Position numbers and translations under genes: made by a program
Shown here: in pieces, positions 60,228 through 64,000 of the stretch
Numbering within the stretch: the stretch's first letter is position 1
Layout: every line of letters begins with the position of its first letter
DNA from: Candidatus Dojkabacteria bacterium
GTDB taxonomy: Bacteria > Patescibacteriota > Dojkabacteria > JAOAGR01
NCBI GenBank assembly: GCA_025999155.1
Contig: AP026679.1
Location: forward strand, 602,561-666,560
Direction of reading: 5' to 3'
Length of the DNA: 64,000 nt
Notes under the pieces: model-generated
What the model was told of the DNA's origin: nothing
Databases searched by the model: none
What the model saw: only the letters and a program-made list of their open reading frames with translations

Positions 60228-61212
60228 AAAATTCACTATGCCAAGTACGCATGTTAAATTAGATAAAAAAATAATACTAGGTTTAATTGCAGTATTTATA
60301 CTATTTTTAGTGCTTTTACTACAGTCGATTTTTGTAAGGCCGTCATCAGATTCTAAACCTAAGTTTGATACCATTGAATTGCAATCTTTCTCTAATTACA
60401 AGTATGGCGATTACTTTACCGTAAATAGCGACATTGAATTCAAAACTACCAGCAATACTCTTGTATATAAAGTATCTGGTATTAATTCTGGGATAGAATC
60501 TGTCAAAAATGCAGCTTTGAAGTTAGGTCTTAGCAAGGAAATTCCTAACGTAAATACAAAAATCACAAAATGGGTAAAAGACGATGATAATGTACGTGCT
60601 CTGAATTCGGTCACTTTAGACAATATAAAAGGGACAGTTAATGTCTTTTATGAAAATGGTATCAATGAGAAGCCACTAGAGAGTGAAGATTATCTTAATT
60701 ATTTGAAGAGTTTTTTTGGTTTTCCGGATATGTATGAGATATATTTGATTAGTAAGGAAACTCAGCAAGATAGTGAGTTTTTAAATTATGGGGTCAAATG
60801 GCAGGAAAAAGATATCTATTTTGATCAGGCAGATAATATTTTTCTCAGCGTAACTATTGTCAATAAAAAAATCATCAGTGTATTTTTTCACTTGTTACCT
60901 ACCGAAATTACCGACTTTAAAAAGTTGAAGCCGATTGATAGGGTGACAAAAGATAATATTGCTTCTTATTATTATCAATTAAGTCTGAAACCGGAGGAAA
61001 TTCATAGCGCTTCAGAATATGGTAGCGAAACAATTGTTGTACCACCTGTGAAAGTTGGTTTAAGAGACCAAAAAGACGCATATATTTTATTTAACGATCC
61101 TACTTTGTCGTGGTTGCTTATACCTGTAATCGATTTTAACGGAGTATTTTTGGATGCAAATAACCAAAAGGGTAGCGCGAGTCTTTTGATAGTTAATCAA
61201 AATAATCGATAG
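60196..61212 (+). CDS. Membrane-anchored hypothetical protein (start probably 60238)
   Basis: N-terminal TM followed by soluble domain; continues the operon. Confidence 0.6.
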   Translation: MVGRISDVLIKKFTMPSTHVKLDKKIILGLIAVFILFLVLLLQSIFVRPSSDSKPKFDTIELQSFSNYKYGDYFTVNSDIEFKTTSNTLVYKVSGINSGIESVKNAALKLGLSKEIPNVNTKITKWVKDDDNVRALNSVTLDNIKGTVNVFYENGINEKPLESEDYLNYLKSFFGFPDMYEIYLISKETQQDSEFLNYGVKWQEKDIYFDQADNIFLSVTIVNKKIISVFFHLLPTEITDFKKLKPIDRVTKDNIASYYYQLSLKPEEIHSASEYGSETIVVPPVKVGLRDQKDAYILFNDPTLSWLLIPVIDFNGVFLDANNQKGSASLLIVNQNNR

Positions 61213-61266
61213 TTTCCAAAACGATTTTCATTATTTATGAATTCCTTTTAAAATTATCTTGCGTCT

Positions 61267-63840
61267 ATGACTCCAGCAATGCAACAGTATTTGAAAATTA
61301 AGTCTGAATATCCTGATCATATAGTCTTGTTTCGGATGGGGGATTTTTATGAGACTTTCTATGATGATGCGAAAAAAGCTTCTGTTATCCTTGGGATTAC
61401 TTTAACAGCGCGTGATCGGGAGAAGAAAATCCCGATGGCTGGAATTCCTTTTCATTCATTGGATACTTATTTAAATAGATTAATCGAAAATAATGAAAAA
61501 GTTGTTTTAGTAGAACAATTAGAGGATCCGAAAAAAGCTGTAGGTGTAGTCAAGAGAGGCATCGTCCGTATTTTTACTCCTGGTACCACTTTTGATACCG
61601 AAACGAAGCAGAATAACTATCTTTTTAGTATTTATAAACATAAGCAAACATTTGACTGTGCTTTTGCCGACCTTAGTGAAGGTATAATTTTTATCATTCA
61701 ATTTGATAATTTCAATGACTTACTTAGTAACCTCATTATTACCTTACCAAAAGAAATTATTACAGTACGAAGTTCTTTTACAGATCCACAGCTTCATTCT
61801 ATAAAAGCTCACCTAAAAAAGACATTGTTAAGTGAATTAAATGAAAACTATTTTTCTGAAAAATGGTATGAAGAAAAAATCACTCCTATTTTAAAAGATA
61901 AATTATTACATCTAGAATCACACAGTGTGAATGGTCTTTTGAATTATTTCGTAGAAACACAAAGGACAGATTTAGGACATATTAATGAAGTAAAAATTTT
62001 CGGTTTAAAGGATTTTATGAAATTAGATGCAAATGCGATTGCAAGTTTAGAAATTTTTGAAGGACAAAGACAGGACGCTGTACCACTAATTCGAGTCATT
62101 GATCATACTGTGACACATGGAGGTGCAAAGCTGCTGAGAAAATGGTTGGCATCACCTTTAGTTAATGTAGAGAAAATAAAACAAAGACAATCTCAGGTTT
62201 TTGCTATAAAAAACCTTGGACAAGAGATTATTCTTAAACATCAACAAAAACTTGCCGAGATTCACGATTTAAATCGTATCGCCACAAAGATCGGTTTAAA
62301 AACAGCTAATGCGCGTGATCTAAGAAATCTTGTAGATTCAACAAAAACCATATTTGAGTTTATCTCTGATCTTAAAAAATACGAAAATTTGGATGCTATT
62401 GTAGAAAAACTAGATAGAATAGAGAAAGAAATTAAAATTTCTCAAGACATACTGGCATTGATTCATAAAACTATAGTAGACGCTCCTCCTCTATCTATTC
62501 GTGAAGGCAATATGATTCGGGCCGGTGTTTCTAAAGAATTAGACGAATTACATGATATTAAGACTGGAAGTAGTGAATGGTTACGTACTTTCGAGCAGCA
62601 GGAGATAAAAAAAACTAATATATCAACATTAAAGGTGAGATATAATAAAGTTTTCGGATTTTATATAGAGGTCTCAAAAGGTCAAAGTAAAAATGTCCCA
62701 TCAAACTATATACGTAAACAGACTTTAGTGAATGCAGAAAGATATATTACTCCAGAACTCAAAGAATATGAAGCTAAGTTTTTAAGTGCAGAAGATCGTA
62801 TAAACGCTTTAGAATATGAGATTTTTACAGATTTGCTTGAAAAAGCTAGTCAGTTAATCATACCTATTCAAAATATTTATCAAATTATTGCTGAACTTGA
62901 TGTCATCTATGCTCTTGCTTTAACTGCAATTATGAATCATTGGACATTGCCTTTGGTTAATGATGGTTTTGCTATAAAAATCGAGAATGGTAGACATCCG
63001 GTCGTCGAACATATTTTATTAAAACAAGGTAAGCTTTTTGTGAAGAATTCTTATGTAGCTGATGAAAATGCAACTCTCACCATAATCACAGGTCCAAATA
63101 TGGGTGGCAAATCTACATATTTGCGTCAGGTCGCCTTAATCGTCCTTTTAGCTCAAATAGGGTCGTATGTTCCAGCAGATCAAGCAGAAATCGGTGTTGT
63201 AGATCAAATTTTTACACGAATTGGTGCTTCGGATAATTTGAGCATGGGGGAAAGCACTTTTATGGTAGAAATGCTTGAAACCTCGTCTATTCTAAACAAT
63301 GCTACCAAACAAAGTCTTGTTATACTAGACGAAATTGGCAGGGGCACAAGTACATTCGATGGAATGAGTATTGCTTGGGCCGTTTGTGAATATTTAGCTT
63401 CTAAAGGGTGTAAAACCTTGTTTGCTACTCATTATCATGAATTAACTGACTTAGCAGATAAATACCCGACAATCAAGAATTTATGCGTAAAAGTGACGGA
63501 ATATGAAGGAGAAATTATTTTTTTACATCAAATAGTGCCTGGACGCGTTGATAAAAGTTATGGTATACATGTAGCCAAGCTTGCCGGTATTCCTAACAAA
63601 GTAATCACTACTGCACAAAAAATCCTGCATATTCTTGAGAGACAGAAAGATCGTTTACAACCAAAGCCTTATGATCTTTTTTCTGGGGCAGAAAATAAGG
63701 ATGACGAGTCTATAAATCAAGATTTTATACATGTGGACAAGATTATTGATATATTGGAGAAAATTGAGATTAATACTATTTCACCTCTTGAAGCCTTACA
63801 CTTATTACAACAGTTACAAGACATGGTCAAAAATAAGTAG
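61267..63840 (+). CDS. mutS: DNA mismatch repair protein MutS
   Basis: TPAMQQY, FRMGDFYE, TGPNMGGKSTYLRQ, STFMVEM, DEIGRGTST, SYGIHVA. Confidence 0.97.
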   Translation: MTPAMQQYLKIKSEYPDHIVLFRMGDFYETFYDDAKKASVILGITLTARDREKKIPMAGIPFHSLDTYLNRLIENNEKVVLVEQLEDPKKAVGVVKRGIVRIFTPGTTFDTETKQNNYLFSIYKHKQTFDCAFADLSEGIIFIIQFDNFNDLLSNLIITLPKEIITVRSSFTDPQLHSIKAHLKKTLLSELNENYFSEKWYEEKITPILKDKLLHLESHSVNGLLNYFVETQRTDLGHINEVKIFGLKDFMKLDANAIASLEIFEGQRQDAVPLIRVIDHTVTHGGAKLLRKWLASPLVNVEKIKQRQSQVFAIKNLGQEIILKHQQKLAEIHDLNRIATKIGLKTANARDLRNLVDSTKTIFEFISDLKKYENLDAIVEKLDRIEKEIKISQDILALIHKTIVDAPPLSIREGNMIRAGVSKELDELHDIKTGSSEWLRTFEQQEIKKTNISTLKVRYNKVFGFYIEVSKGQSKNVPSNYIRKQTLVNAERYITPELKEYEAKFLSAEDRINALEYEIFTDLLEKASQLIIPIQNIYQIIAELDVIYALALTAIMNHWTLPLVNDGFAIKIENGRHPVVEHILLKQGKLFVKNSYVADENATLTIITGPNMGGKSTYLRQVALIVLLAQIGSYVPADQAEIGVVDQIFTRIGASDNLSMGESTFMVEMLETSSILNNATKQSLVILDEIGRGTSTFDGMSIAWAVCEYLASKGCKTLFATHYHELTDLADKYPTIKNLCVKVTEYEGEIIFLHQIVPGRVDKSYGIHVAKLAGIPNKVITTAQKILHILERQKDRLQPKPYDLFSGAENKDDESINQDFIHVDKIIDILEKIEINTISPLEALHLLQQLQDMVKNK

Positions 63841-63863
63841 CATACTTCTTATTTGTTTGCTAA
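63837..63863 (+). promoter_or_regulatory. CIRCE-like operator upstream of hrcA
   Basis: GTAGCATAC-N9-GTTTGCTAA, exact 9-9-9 CIRCE spacing, 10 nt before the hrcA ATG. Confidence 0.55.
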
Positions 63864-63873
63864 TATTATTTAT

Positions 63874-64000
63874 ATGGAGTTAACCAAGAGGCAAAAAGAT
63901 ATTTTATACGCAATAATAACTGAATTCATTGAAACAGCTATGCCTGTAGGCTCTGGCCTTATTTGTGAGAAATACGCTATAGACGCTAGTCCTGCGACCG
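63874..64000 (+). CDS. hrcA: Heat-inducible repressor HrcA (5' part, runs off window)
   Basis: MELTKRQKDILYAIITEFIETAMPVGS.......DASPAT. Confidence 0.88.
   Translation, partial: MELTKRQKDILYAIITEFIETAMPVGSGLICEKYAIDASPAT

Overview
AT-rich bacterial chromosomal window in standard genetic code 11. The gene content points to Patescibacteria/CPR, possibly Dojkabacteria-like (inference): VirB2/TrbC-like pilin paralogues, an FtsA-like/baseplate-J-like pair, bPH_2 plus a small membrane protein, a coiled-coil SpoIID protein and a single-chain UvrD-PD-(D/E)XK helicase-nuclease. Housekeeping genes are asnS, clpC, rpsT, rnhB, sufS, murJ, rpsO, pnp, thrS, galU, xth, an M24 peptidase, lepB, recG, smpB, ftsEX, mutL, folD, mutS and the start of hrcA. 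There are four tRNAs: Asp-GTC, Ile-TAT, Ser-GCT and Ala-GGC. Patches at about 0-5.9, 17.3-22.8, 26.3-27.0 and 39.1-40.5 kb are dense in frameshifts, including in essential genes, most likely from long-read consensus errors. Most notable: (1) a circularly permuted M23 peptidase with zinc ligands retained, in an ftsA-like/baseplate-J-like/ftsEX cluster; (2) a tRNA-Ile with a UAU anticodon; (3) an orphan CooC-like ATPase coupled to an unknown gene, next to an RND transporter whose promoter carries a palindromic operator; (4) five VirB2-like pilins with a VirB6-like protein and an M23 protein; (5) a T-box riboswitch before thrS; (6) divergent CIRCE-like sites and probable leaderless genes. No CRISPR array, rRNA or transposase was seen.
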